Below are positions 40,830 to 56,011 of a stretch of 64,000 bases of DNA, piece after piece. A program made the translations under genes and the position numbers. The stretch comes from Rozella allomycis CSF55 (lineage: Eukaryota). Below the pieces are notes generated by a model that saw only the letters and a list, made by a program, of their open reading frames with translations, had not been told where the DNA came from and searched no databases. The DNA is taken from NCBI GenBank assembly GCA_000442015.1, contig KE560903.1:1-64000 (forward strand), in the 5' to 3' direction. How positions within the stretch are numbered: position 1 is the first letter of the stretch; every line of letters begins with the position of its first letter.

Positions 40830-40841
40830 TTTGGCGCCAAA
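40830..40841. promoter_or_regulatory. Palindromic E2F-type site TTTGGCGCCAAA upstream of histone H3
   Basis: Matches TTTSSCGC on both strands, about 20 nt from the ATG. Confidence 0.5.
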
Positions 40842-40868
40842 GTAGGAGTGAAAACATGAAAAACGCTT

Positions 40869-42240
40869 TTATTGAATGTCTAAGACTTTGATCGCAGATA
40901 AAATAAATCCCCCAGATGCCGAAGTAGTCATAGTCGGATGCATTCTGCCTGGGAGAACCTGGTAGTTACGAATCCAGGACTCAGTAAGTTGAACATTCAC
41001 AAACTGTTTGGATTGTCTTAAACTGACATAACTACTACTGAGTACCTTATATGCCTCAACAAAATAGCTTACTTCTCTGCACGTGGAAAAAGCGACCAGT
41101 GGACGTGATGGGTAAATGTATTTGGACAATCTATTGATAATACTCTGAGGCTCATGCTTCGAAAAGACAATCAACCTTTTTACATTGAAAGAGATTATTA
41201 CGCATCAAAGTCCCCTTTCATCAAATTTTCTCTATTGTTTTTGACTTTTTGCGTGGTGGCATCAAATTTGGCTTTAGACATTTCGAATTTCTGTACCTGC
41301 TCCTCAGTAGCTGAGGTTAAATCAATGCTTCTAGAAAATACCCCTTTATTCTATCGCAAAATCTCTTACTATCCTCTAAACTGTCCACGTTATTCCACGA
41401 AAGGTATGAAATTGAATTATTCATACAGTCTTTGTCAAAATTAAATTGTGGCAATTTATCCAAAGTACTACTTGGATGGTCGCCTACGACAAAGATAGAA
41501 CCTTGGCCATTCATTCTTTCCAGGACGGCACCAGCAAGAAGTCCGTGAAAGTCATCGACAATTAAAACCCGTAAGCCTGCATGAATGTTCGCAAAATTCA
41601 AGATTTGAGATAAAGAATCTATTCTTAAGTCACTTTCATTAAAAAAGTCACATTAAATTACCCAATTTTATAAGAACTACTGGAAAAGTAAAATTCGCAA
41701 AGATTCTTAGCTGTTGTTTGTAATACAGTGAATACTCTCATAAATCTATTAAAATCAATTAATGAATTAATACTTTCTTTTCTTTTTCTCAATGTATTTT
41801 GCTTTTGCAAACGTAGTCCTTTTGGAAAATGAATCGCTCGATTCAGTGATCTCGTTAACGATATCTCTACCTCGCTTATTTCCTTTCAGTCCTTCTTTCT
41901 TTAATTCTAGAATATCGTCATAAGAAAGATTTTGAGCAGTGTTGTCATCATTCAGTTCGCTATTAGGTGCCTCCTTGGTTGTTTTGATGTCTTCTGAAAG
42001 ATCTTCAAACTTTTCTTTTACAAAAGGAACCAAATTTTCATTATTAATAATCTCGAAAGAGGTTCCATAAGGCTTTCCAACCAACTTGCTTCCATTGAAA
42101 GAACCATATTTTCCGAGAGAAATATTCCTAGTAAAACATTACTAAAACCAATACTTTGAAGTAATTTGAACCAACTTCATATTTTCGCTGCTCATTTGGA
42201 TGAGCACGAAATCATCGAGGCGAATAAAAAAATTAGACAT
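40869..42240 (-). CDS. TRM6: tRNA m1A58 methyltransferase non-catalytic subunit
   Basis: [37 protein letters not shown] and [19 protein letters not shown]. Confidence 0.93.
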
Positions 42241-42288
42241 CCTAGCCACTGGGATAAAAATGCAGAACATAAAAATGTTTGTTTATTT

Positions 42289-44343
<2,055 letters not shown>

Positions 44344-44413
44344 ACGGAAATTTTGTCGGAAAATTGTTGTACGAAGGATTAATAAAGATAAAGAATCTAT
44401 TTATTTTGCTCTT

Positions 44414-46297
44414 TTAATTTGCCCACTTTCGGTTTGTCATGAAACTTTCGTGTTTAGTCAGCGGATGAAATTGAAATTTGTAGTCGTCAGGTTTACCAAT
44501 TTCTGAAGCAGACATTCTTCTTTCTCTTTTATGACTTTTTCGATGAAATATATTTGGCAATATACCTGAGGTATCGCTGGCTCGGTGTTTAAAGATATTT
44601 CTCCAATTCCCAGAATTGGTAGATTGAACAGTTGCCTCTGTATCAGTAAATGCATGCTCAGGCGAACTATTAAGCCGTAATGACTTCTTCTTCGGAGTGC
44701 TAATCAAGGATCTTGGAAGTTTATTGTAATTCGCAATAGTATTTCGAAGCTGGGCGACTTCAGCTTCTAAATAGCTTATTCGATTGCGAGCAACAACAAG
44801 CCTGTCTTTAGTTTTTTTATATCGCTTGTAATATTCAGGTGGATTTACCTATTGATAGTATAAAGAACTCTTTACATCCGCCAACATGTCTTGCATTTGA
44901 CTCATAAGGTTTAGCATAGTCACGTTATGATCTGTCAAAGCTTTTATTTTAGATGATTTGGTAAATGTCTCTTGCCCCCTCAGGCTTTCAGCTAAATCCT
45001 TTGGACTATTAACAGTTGACATGCCTTCTGTAACATTTTTGTTAAAAGCGATAGAGTTATATCTTTCTTCATTTTGAATCTTCTTCAGATCATTATTTAA
45101 ATTTGTTCTTTTCTTAAATTCTAACCTCTGGTGTAACTGCCACTCTGCCACAAAGTTGCTGCCTAAAATTGTCGTAGGCAGGGCAATAAACAGCTATATA
45201 AAGATATTTTGTACTTACCAGAATGCTAAATATCATTGTAATTCCAGCAATCACTTTACCCAAGGTCGTTGAAGGGACCAAATCACCATAACCAACAGTG
45301 GAAAGTGTAACTACGCTCCACCAAAAAGCTTGAACAGCAGATTGAAAATCGCTATTTCCAGTAAAGTAAGTCTTTACCTCGGTTTCCCGTCGTATCTAAT
45401 CCACAGTGATGATTTACTGTCGTAAGCACCTCTCTCCGCATAAAACATATAACTTGAAGAAATAAGGATAATTATTAAAACGAAAATAAAATATAATACG
45501 AGAGCCTCAACACTTCTTTGCAAGGTTGAAAAAACAATCTCAAAATTGGTTTACAAATACCATTACCATTGCACCATTAGAATGCTCAGAGATATGCAAA
45601 ATGTAATAAATTCTTAGTAATCGTATGACTCTCAATGGTTTAAGTATATCCTAGAATACATAGCCAATGTAAGTACTGTAATTGTACTATCAGGCAAGAA
45701 TATAGCAAAAACATGGCTTGCCATTGCTCCTATTTCAGCGTACCTTAAGAAAGCTAAAGTTAACTTTGGAAATTTTAAATTACGTCTGAAAAATGTTTTG
45801 ACATTTTGTGTTGAATATAAACGACCTATAAAATCTGTCACAAAAAACAAGCAGAATATTATATCGAAGTACCTCTAAAAATAATGACCATAATTTACCA
45901 AAACGCGCTACCATATTCGAATTTCCCAGGATATGAGGTTTCTGTGAGGTAGCTTATTACGGATGCAATGATAAAAATTATACTGATGTATAAATGTAGA
46001 CTACCCTAATGGAATGCATTTTGTGGACGTTACCAAAGGTGTTTTTGTATTTTTAAAGAATAAGTAGCAAGAATATCTAAATCCAGTAAACTCTGTTGTT
46101 TTTGAAGCAAAATTCTTTCTTTCTGATTTTTTGATTGACTCTGATTCACTTTCAGTGGACAATTGATCTTGATCCCCGATGTTAATTTGCAAAACTAAAT
46201 CGTCTCTATTTAATTTCCTTTTGTCATTTGGAGAACCCAATGATTCCAATGAATGAATTTTGTCTGCTGAATTTCGAACTTCTTCCTTTTCACCCAT
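44414..46297 (-). CDS. Voltage-gated (6-TM) potassium channel
   Basis: Selectivity filter WWSVVTLSTVGYGDLVP, S4 KPLRVIRLLR after a 26-nt intron, C-terminal coiled coil. Confidence 0.88.
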
Positions 46298-46482
46298 GAT
46301 GAGCACAAAAATATAGTTATTCGTGGATACTCCAAAAGTAAACAACGACACGACTGAATAATTTTGGAAAAGTCTGATCAAAAAAGGTATTTCCCCTTAA
46401 TGGTGAATCACTCGAGAAATAAGAAATAAGAAACGTATTGCTTTTTGAAAAAAAGCGACCTCGCCGACCTGGAAATATCCAG

Positions 46483-47729
46483 ATGCCACCCAACACAATT
46501 CGACACGTTGAAAGCAAAATAAAAAATCTGGCATTGGAAAAAGGAAAAGAAAATATACAAAAAACAGCCGTCAAAGTAATATATTCAATATTGTGTGTTT
46601 TTATAGAATGCTACTGCTAAAAGAGGTGTTACTGCAAAAACTCAAGTTAAAGCAGACTCAAAACAAGCAAGTGAGAAAAATAAACCGTTGTTACCCAAAA
46701 CAAGGAATGATTCAACGGAAAAAAATGAAGTTCAAAAAAGTTGCACCCCAACAGCTCCAAGTACCCCGTGCAGATTAAATAAGCCATCGTAATATTTAAA
46801 GAAAAAATAAAAAAAGAACTGGAAAATGGTGCATTGATGATTTTGAGATTGCGAAGATTCTTGGGCAAGGGAAATTTGGTCATGTGTATTTGGCGAGAGA
46901 GAAAAGAGATAAATTTATTGTTGCTCTTAAAGTTATGTTTAAATCAGAGCTTGTAGATTACCGATTTGAAAAGCAATTTCAGCGTGAAGTTGAAATTCAA
47001 TCACAATTAGAGTACGAAAGGTATCTCAATTTAGATAAGTCATCCAAATGTTTTGAAACTATATGATTACTTTTTCGATGAAAAAAGAGTCTTTTTAATA
47101 ATGGAATATGCCCCTGGTGGAGAACTTTATAAAGAACTTACCAAACAAGGGCGATTCACTGAAAGAGAATCTTCTAAAGTAATTATTCAAATTTGATGTT
47201 ATTTTAGTACATTTTTCAAATAGCCAATGCTCTTAATTATCTCCATCAAATGAATATTATCCATAGAGATGTAATTTTGTTTCTCGTTAATCAATTCAGA
47301 TAAAGCCAGAAAATATTCTTATAGGAGCGGATGGATGTTTAAAGATTGCTGATTTTGGTTGGTCAATTCAAGTCAAGAATGAGAGAAGAATGACGATGTG
47401 TGGAACTCTTGATTATCTCCCCCCTGAAATGCTTGAAAAGAAACCACATGCGCAACATGTCGATCTTTGGACATTGGGTGTACTATGTTATGAATTTCTT
47501 TGTGGATGTCCGCCTTTTGAAGTTTCAAACGGTAAAGCGTCGGAAACGTACGAAAAAATTAAAAAGGTTGAATTTACCATCCCCCTGTATATATCTGACC
47601 AGGCTTCCGATTTAATCAAAAAGGTAATTTTTTAAATAGACAACCACGTAGCTTCTAAAGCATGACCCAGAAGATAGAATAAACTTGACACAGGTGCTAT
47701 CGCATCCTTGGATTGTGAAGTATAATTAA
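46483..47729 (+). CDS. Aurora kinase, copy 1
   Basis: LGKGKFGHVYLARE, VALKVMFK, EVEIQS, DFGWS and [13 protein letters not shown]. Confidence 0.93.
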
Positions 47730-47804
47730 ATGGTAAATGGACAGGAAAAATAAATTACTTTCAGTGTCTTGTAATTTTATTTCGATTATTCAGTTTATTT
47801 AATT

Positions 47805-49199
47805 TTATAGAAAGTTAAACAAGGTGACCAAGCCAATGGTAATTGCTAGGATGGCTATGTGGAAGGGCTTTCAAATCTTACCTGTCCGATATTGTAGAAA
47901 TGAAGAGTCAGAAGTAGATGATTGGGATGCTCTGGAACCTGGATTTTCAATGGAAAATGTCAAATTCGTACCTGGTGTTTTTGCATTGCTCCCAGACACA
48001 GGATTTGCAATCAAGTTTAAACCAGAAGTGCTAACAGTAGTTTGAATATTTCCGGTGGCTTGAGGAAAGACATTGTTAAGGACGGGGACACCACTTGGAC
48101 AAGTTGGCAAACAAGTCCTTATTGTAAAACTTGGGTAGACACAACTTCGAATACCATTTTCATCAATAAGTCCATTCCTATCATTGTCTGCTCCATCACA
48201 AACTTCGTTGGACACAGCAGATGGAAACCTTCTCCCATTGATGCATACACCATCACCCTTTAATTGACTGGCTACATTAGCAGCAGGAACAGGATTCTTC
48301 ATATATTCGACTAACTGTTTATTTGTCACAAAATATACATCTTTCATCTGAAGAACAGTCTCAATAAATTTGTTTAATGCATTAACGTTATCGTCAGATG
48401 CAATAAGCCATGCTGGGTGAAGAAATATTCCCATAGGGGACCTGTTTCCGTTGTACTTTTCATAAAACGTTTTCATAAAAGAACCATACATATCTTGATC
48501 AACATAATCCATGCTAGTTAGTTCAATATTAGAAGTGCTGTGAATACTCCACATTGGTACATGCCACAAACCAGGGAATTTTCCAATACCTTTACAAATT
48601 TCATTATCACATGTTGTTTGGGCGTATCCATTATCTAAGGTGTATGGATATAGATTGTTATTATCAGGGTCTGTAGAAACACTTGAATCGTACAAAAAGC
48701 CATTATTTTGAAGAACTGAAGCAGTATTGGCATTCAATTGAAGGAAAGGCGCCCTAAAACCAACCAATTCCTCGTTTTTAATCGAGCCTCCGGTCCACTT
48801 GTTGATCGCCTCTCTACATTGAAGAATTTCTTCACTTCCAGGATTACCTACGTGATCCACCGTATGAATTGCTATTTCATGGCCTTGTTGTTTAAGAACT
48901 TGAAGCAAATAAAAATCTGTATATTGTAAGGAAACATAAAATGTCGCTGGGATCGGACATCCATTTCTATCGGCATGGGCCAACAAAACTTTATTGGCAC
49001 CTGCCTCTAGAATATATTGTGAAACTGCATCATCAAATGTTAATACTATGAATTGCGGAACATCATTTGGATTCATGTTATTTGGAGGTGAAGACGAAGC
49101 ACATTGGCAAGCTGGAAGTTTACAAAGATTCGGATCACAACTGTAACATATGTAATTTTCAAATAAAAGAAATACTAACAACAAGAAACTGTGTCTCAT
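47805..49199 (-). CDS. Secreted, possibly GPI-anchored CE4 chitin/polysaccharide deacetylase
   Basis: Signal peptide, CKLPACQC, LTFDD, HTVDH, FRAPFL, YDSS and GNRSPMGIFLH; EVCDGADNDRNGLIDE motif; spliced hydrophobic C-terminal tail. Confidence 0.9.
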
Positions 49200-49382
49200 T
49201 CAGCACTCGGGTTAGCTATTTTCCGAAGACAATATATATGAGTAGCCAAAAATAGGTACACACAGTGTATCCAATAGGATAATTATCCCCGAGAATCTGA
49301 TTGAATTAAAATGGGATTATCTTTTTCAGCAAATGTAATAGCAAGTTAGACTTCGCCACCCTGTGTCTTCCTTGATATTGAT

Positions 49383-50510
49383 ATGAACAGTCCAGATTAT
49401 ATTAAACATTCTTTTAAAACTCAAAATCTTGAATACAATAAGGAAAATAAGAATGAAATTAGTCATAAGATTGATCATAAATATCAGCATAAAATCGTTG
49501 ACAAAAAGGATGTATTTTCTAACGAAAAGGGCATAGATAATACGAAATTGTATGCAACATATTTTTAGCTGTAAAGGCCAAGAAGATGGTGTTTAGATGA
49601 CTTTGAAGTTGGGAAGCCATTAGGGAAGGGTCGATTCGGACATGTTTACATGGCAAGGGAAAAGAGAAGCGGTTATGTTGTTGCCTTGAAAATTCTATTC
49701 AAAACTCAATTGCAAAGCTTACAAGTGGAGTGTCAGTTAAGGCGAGAAATCGAAATTCAATCACATCTTAGGTAAGATTCATCTTGAATTTTAGTAGACA
49801 TCCAAACATCTTAAGGCTATATGGGTATTTCTATGATGAAAAGAGGGTCTTTTTAATTCTTGAATATGCTCCTAAAGGAGAATTATTTAAACTGCTTCAA
49901 ATAACCCACAAATTTTCAGAGAACGTAGCCTCAAGGGTATGTAATGTCATTTTTATAAATATAATTAGTATATTTTTCAGTTAGCAAACGCTTTACGCTA
50001 CCTTCATGGCAAACATGTGATTCACAGAGATATTAAACCTGAAAATATATTAATAGGACTTGATGGGCAACTTAAAATATCTGATTTTGGATGGTCTGTT
50101 CATGCACCGGGCCAAAGGTAATATGATTTTTTTGTGTATAAAGGCGAATGACTATGTGTGGCACCTTGGATTACTTACCCCCAGAGATGGTTGTTACAGT
50201 GCCACATAATCATAAAGTAGATTTATGGTCTTTAGGCGTACTTTGTTTCGAGTTTATTGTTGGATCTGCTCCTTTCGAACCAGATTCAGGACCCGAAACA
50301 TTTCCTTATACCAAAACGTATCACAACATCGTTCATTCAGATATCAAATTTCCTGAATCTGTTACCGATGTCGCCAAAGATTTTATTAAAGGAGTAAGTG
50401 TTAATTATATTGTAGCAAAGCTATTGAGAAAAGATCCTGAAGAGAGGTTTACGATAGACCAAGTCCTCGATCACCCCTGGATTACAATGCATAATAAAAC
50501 TATTTTATAA
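49383..50510 (+). CDS. Aurora kinase, copy 2
   Basis: [41 protein letters not shown] and [13 protein letters not shown]. Confidence 0.95.
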
Positions 50511-50539
50511 ATTTTGAATTTAAAATAATGCGGTTTATT

Positions 50540-52322
50540 TTATAATGCGCTTGATTTCGAAACCTCATTGTCGGTAACATCAGTTTGCTGCTTTCCTAGT
50601 AAACTGTTCTTAATTCCGTATGAAAAATATATAACAAGCCCGATAAGAGTCCATACCAAAAATTGTACGACTACCTGAGATTTAAATACAACAGTATCTC
50701 CAGTTTTTCCAACTAATTGAGTACAAACGAGAAAATTGTTTAGGAGAATAGCAAAGCATGGAAGAAAAGGTACGAATGGACAACTAAATTCATTTGATTC
50801 ATTTGTGTTTTGTACTTCCTTGTCAGAAAAGAATAAATAAACAATATAGATGAAGGGCAAGAGAACTATCAAGCCACCAACGATAAATCCATACATTTCA
50901 AGTTGTAGGTGATACAAAAATGAAGATATTAACGTACCAAAAAAGAAAACTATAATGGAAATGAGTGATTTAGAGTAGATTTGGGGGCGATTTCTAGTGC
51001 GAAGAACAATCAATGAAGCAGCAATCACACTAAAACCTAGCAATGATCCAAATGAGACCATATCTTCTGTATATTCATCGTGTATGAACATTGCATTTAA
51101 AGCGGTGATTAAACCAGTAAAAATAATACCNTGCAGCAATCACACTAAACCCTAGCAATGAACCAAATGAGACCATATCTTCTGTGTATTCATCATGTAT
51201 GAACATTGCATTTAAAGCGGTGATTAAACCAGTAAAAATAATACCGAACGTAGCGTTGCCACCCTTGTTTAGAACGCCGAATCTTTTTGGCAATAATCCA
51301 TCTTTAGCCATAGCATAAAAGATTCTTGGTTGCCCTACAATACACGCGAACAAAGTTGCCATCATACAAAGCAGTGCGCATCCACCAACAAGTTTTCCAA
51401 CTAAAGGTTTTCCAACACTTTCAAAGGCATTTATCAGAGGAGAATCTTTAGTAATATTGTCTGCACCCACCATTCCAACTATGGATAATCCAGCACCAAT
51501 GTAAAGGGTTGTTGCGACTGCAATCGTGGTCATGACTGCAATAGGAATGTCTTTTTTAGGTCTTTTGGCTTCTGCAGAAAGTGTACAAATCGTATCAAAT
51601 CCAATATATGAGAAGAACATTTGTTGAGCGCCCTTGCTAACACCTTCAAAACCAGATTTAAAAAAATTGTCCATATTTTCAATGTTGAAATGAGTCAGTC
51701 CAAAAATGATTATAACTAAAATGACGAGCAGATTCAAAGAAGTGATAAAGTTGTTGAATTTGGACCCTGCCTTCGTTCCCATTAAGGCGAGCAAGGTGAA
51801 CACCCCGATTAAGAGACCCGCCATTATGTTTATACGGAATTCCCCAGATTCACTTGGGAATAAATTATACAAATACTGTGGCAAAATATTATCAGAGATC
51901 ATACTTTTGACATTAATGTTTTTGAACATGGCAGGTAGATAGGATTGTGACCAAGCGCCAGCAATAGAAGCAGCTGCAAATGAATACTCCAAGGTAAGAT
52001 TCCAACCAATAAACCAGCCAATGAGCTCACCGATTGTAGAGTAAGCGTAAGTGTATGAAGAGCCTGATGCGGGAATTTTAGAGGCGAACTCGAGATAACA
52101 AAAAGCAGTTATTAAAGAAACAAGCCCTGATAAACCTGTTGACAGAACAATCGATCCTCCAACTTCTCGCGCTGTTCTACCAACGACAGCGTACACACCG
52201 CTTCCAACAGTTGCAGCAATTCCGTATGTGATAAGATCATATAAGCGATAGGTGGGCACTATTTCGTCATTAACTGATTTTTCTATAGGTTTCTTTCGCG
52301 TCAAGTTTTTGAATGAAAACAT
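50540..52322 (-). CDS. Cationic amino acid transporter (APC/SLC7 CAT-like); assembly duplication at N 51131
   Basis: GIAATVGSGVY, SGSSYTYAY, FFSYIGFD, PRIFYAMAKDGLLP, FSCPFVP and YFSYG. Confidence 0.93.
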
Positions 52323-52382
52323 AAAAACGTGTGGCGCAGTTGGTTGGTCACGCAAAGTTTTCATGATCAGTGTGGCTATAAT

Positions 52383-53860
52383 TTAAGATTTATTGAGCTT
52401 GAATAATAATATGTTTCCCGATCTTCGACTATCATCATGAAAATGAGAGTTAAAAATAGATTTTTCCTATCTTGTAACTAAAATATCATTACCAATATGT
52501 ACCCTTTTCGCTGTACCCAAAGATTTAATTTCCTATTGTCAAGCAAAGAATCGAATAAAATCAATCTTGATGGAATATTTGTATCGTTGAAAGAGGAATT
52601 CACGAATAAGAATGGATCATTGTAAAATTTGGAAGTTTCATCAATATATTGAGGTTTGGAAGAGCTAAAAATATCAAAAAAATAGTTTTACTTTAGAGGA
52701 GGTTCACATGTAAGCATACGAACGGTAACATTATTGTGAATGTAACTGTAAAGTGGTGTTGAGTGGCAAGGCATCATTAGAAACAGATCTCCGCCTTTGA
52801 CATTCTCTCTAATATAATTAGTTATTTCTATAACCCCTCTTTGATGAACACATGAAAAATAAATAGCTAATGGTATATTAAAAAGTATAATGAGGAAAAC
52901 AATAATCCTCGTCAATTTTCTGGACAGGGATTTCATTGACACGCCACAATATAAATGAATAATAGGTAGTATAGGATGAATGAATCGAAATTCTTTATGT
53001 GATAGAGCGGAATAGAACAAGATTGTCGAAAATACGATTAATCCATATTCTTTACTAGGACTTTTGAAAAAACCAAATATAAATAATGGGTATTGTATTG
53101 TACTTATGACCCAAACGCCCTGAGAGAAATACCAATGCCAAGGATGAGTTCCGTAAAAACTACTCAAGCCTCTGAGTACATTGAACTCTAGAAAATTTAG
53201 CATTACAAAAACCAACCTTCCATAATATAATGAGTCCATGACTATACTTGCACACAACATCAATAAGCCTATAAGCACCATACTTTTCAATTGTTTATAG
53301 TTCAAGTACAAAATTTTACATAGTGGAATGATCCACATAATTATATTTGTTATTCTAAAACAGGAAGAAATAGATATAATTAGATAAGCCAAGTGCTTAT
53401 CTTTTTTAAGCAAAAGGAAAAGTATTGACGTCGAGAATAGTGTTTCCAGTGAATTCGCTAGCGATCGCGGTAACGCGTAAAAGTTCCACCACGAAACTAC
53501 GCTATGGAAGACTGTCCAATTCGCCACTTCCTCTCCATATTTATTTTTGGCTACCAAATACAAAAAGTAATCAGTCATTGCCGCAAACGTTGCATTTAAT
53601 ATCTTTGGCCCGTAAATAACGAAATCATTGCTTTTAATAAAATATTTTTGTATCAAGTAAATTATGCAATATAGTAGAGGATGCAAAGAAGACCTTATTG
53701 CACTGACCCATTCCCATGTAATATAGCCATTACCATATACCACCTGATGTGCTGGCTCGAGTGACTGATAGTATTCATCAGGTACATGAAAAGTGGTTAG
53801 CAAAAATGAATTGAACAATCGGAATACGAATAGAATAAAGAACATTTTGCTGCCTCGCAT
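52383..53860 (-). CDS. GPI10: GPI mannosyltransferase 3 (PIG-B)
   Basis: PDEYYQSLEPAH, TWEW, FYGTHPWHWY, HKEFRFI and MPCHSTP. Confidence 0.95.
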
Positions 53861-53952
53861 ATTCGATTTGAAATATTGGAAATACTAGTAAAAGTTCAAC
53901 GCAATATATTACAACTAAAAAGTAAAAAAATTCAGTCAAATATTTTATAGAA

Positions 53953-54291
53953 TCAATGTAGATTTAATATACCTTGAATGGTTAATTTTATCTTAATTGA
54001 TAACCAGTAAATGGTTTTGAATATTCCAATTTTGGATTCACTGTGATCCTTATCCTTCGCCGAATATTGATTGGCCGTGTCAGATTCAGTATAATTTTGA
54101 TTGGATTTTGAAAAATCGTTTTCTATATCTTCTTGAATTAGATAAAATGAAACGTAGCTTAATTCATGTATGCAATTTAATGCAGTGTCAAGTGTCTTAC
54201 ATTCATTTTCCGTTTCCGTCGGAAAAGCATTAATATTGCAGATCACTAAAAGTATTAAATACACTTTTGTTAGGACTAGCAAGCAACTCAT
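53953..54291 (-). CDS. Small putative secreted protein
   Basis: Hydrophobic N-terminus MSCLLVLTKVYLILLVICNINA; no recognised family. Confidence 0.35.
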   Translation of the reverse strand: MSCLLVLTKVYLILLVICNINAFPTETENECKTLDTALNCIHELSYVSFYLIQEDIENDFSKSNQNYTESDTANQYSAKDKDHSESKIGIFKTIYWLSIKIKLTIQGILNLH

Positions 54292-54338
54292 TTTCGTCAA
54301 TCAGTACACTATTAGTCTATAAGTGGCGCAAGGAAAAT

Positions 54339-55090
54339 TTAGAAAGTCGTCCAGCCTTTATTATCAACGTTATCAACTTTGGAAGAGACAGATTTTAAAA
54401 ATGTTGTATGGTTCCCCACTGAATTTGACTGTGGCGGTGACAGTGACATGACCTTCGAAGCTGTGAATTGATCATCGTTATTTACATTTTTATCTAAACT
54501 TGAAGTATTATTTCCTTTATACATTTTTTAATTGTCATACTTTTGTATATTGATTCAATTGGTAAATTTAACATTTCACCTTCTTTCAAGGAAAAATCAT
54601 GCACAGAAAATGTCGATGGAACAACAATTGATGATTTAGATTTTCTTATTATATAAAACTTACTTAACTTTACTTGGAGAAGTCCTGGAGGATTACGTTG
54701 AAGTCAAAAGCATCGTTTCTATCTTCAAAACCAAGACCTACAAATGCATGTTTGTTTGTATTGAGATCTACTAACTTCAATACAAAATATCTCGAGGAAT
54801 CTGTGACTTGTTCAACTGAGCCATGTTCATATGGGCACTGTGCAAAAATCTCGTCATTTAAATATTGTAGACATAATTTTACTTGTTTTTGAATCTAACA
54901 GAATAATTACACATTTACTTTCATGGCCTTTAATTATTAATGACCCTTGCCATAGGAAGTGGCTCTCATTCCAATCTGACGCCCTTTAGTATCAACGGTG
55001 ATATAATTACTTATGTCCTCTAGAAGCAGAATTTCTGGGTGGAATATTAAATACTTGAACATGTTTCACACGTAATAATTCAGTCTCCAT
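54339..55090 (-). CDS. NECAP: Adaptin ear-binding coat-associated protein (PHear domain)
   Basis: IFAQCPY, VEQVTDSSRYFVLK, HAFVGLGFEDRNDAFDF and C-terminal WTTF (WXXF). Confidence 0.92.
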
Positions 55091-55114
55091 TTCTGAAATT
55101 TAAGATTATTTTTT

Positions 55115-55984
55115 ATGAGCGCTATTTTTACACCTCTAAATCAAGTGAAACTTACAAATGTTTCTGTAGTGCGATTAAAAAAAGGAGGCAAAAGATTTGA
55201 AGTGGCATGTTACAAAAACAAAGTGATGGACTGGAGGCGAGGACTGTAAGATGCAAACATAAGACGGAACAAGGATATCAGATCTAAGCGAAGTAATACA
55301 AATCGATAAAGTATTTACTAATGTATCTAAAGGACAAGTAGCGAATCAAGAAGATTTATTGAAAAGTTTCAAAACAAACGAAACAAGTGAGATAATTGTT
55401 CAAGTAGGCCAAAATTTTAATTTATCATTGATAGATTTTGAAAAATGGGGAACTACAAGTTTCAGAAAAGGAAAGATTGAACCAAAACGAGAGAATGCTG
55501 AAAGACATAGTACACATTATTGCAGAAAAATCGGGTAAAATACAATAACTACCATGAAAGTTCATCCTGAAACCAAAAGACCTTATACGATCACTATGAT
55601 AGAAAAGGCACTTCTGGAATCACATTTTTCCTTGGTCCCAAACAAGACCGCCAAGGTTCAAGCATTAGATGCAATTAAACTACTGCAAGAAAAGAATATA
55701 ATTCCGATCATTAGAGCCAGAATGCGAGTTCGAATTCAAATGCCTTCAAAAGACGCCAAAAGGGTAAAGGACAGAATATTGCAATGCCTTATTAAAATTG
55801 AAGAAGAGGATTGGTCAGATACTTTTGACGCCGTAAGTATTCGACTTTTTGGAAATAGACCTGCCTGATTGACCCTGGACAATATCGACTACTTTATGAA
55901 TTAATTCAACAAGAATCAAAAGGGAAATGCATCCTCGAAATGTTGAATCTCAAAGATGTTGATGACAAGGAAGAAATTCTTTAA
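55115..55984 (+). CDS. SDO1: Ribosome maturation factor SBDS
   Basis: [47 protein letters not shown] and IRARMRVR. Confidence 0.97.
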
Positions 55985-56011
55985 ATAAATTATAAATGTT
56001 AAATACTATAT

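Noticed and set aside
51075-51139. Apparent frameshift or split of the amino-acid transporter
   Set aside because: Caused by the N join with duplicated overlap
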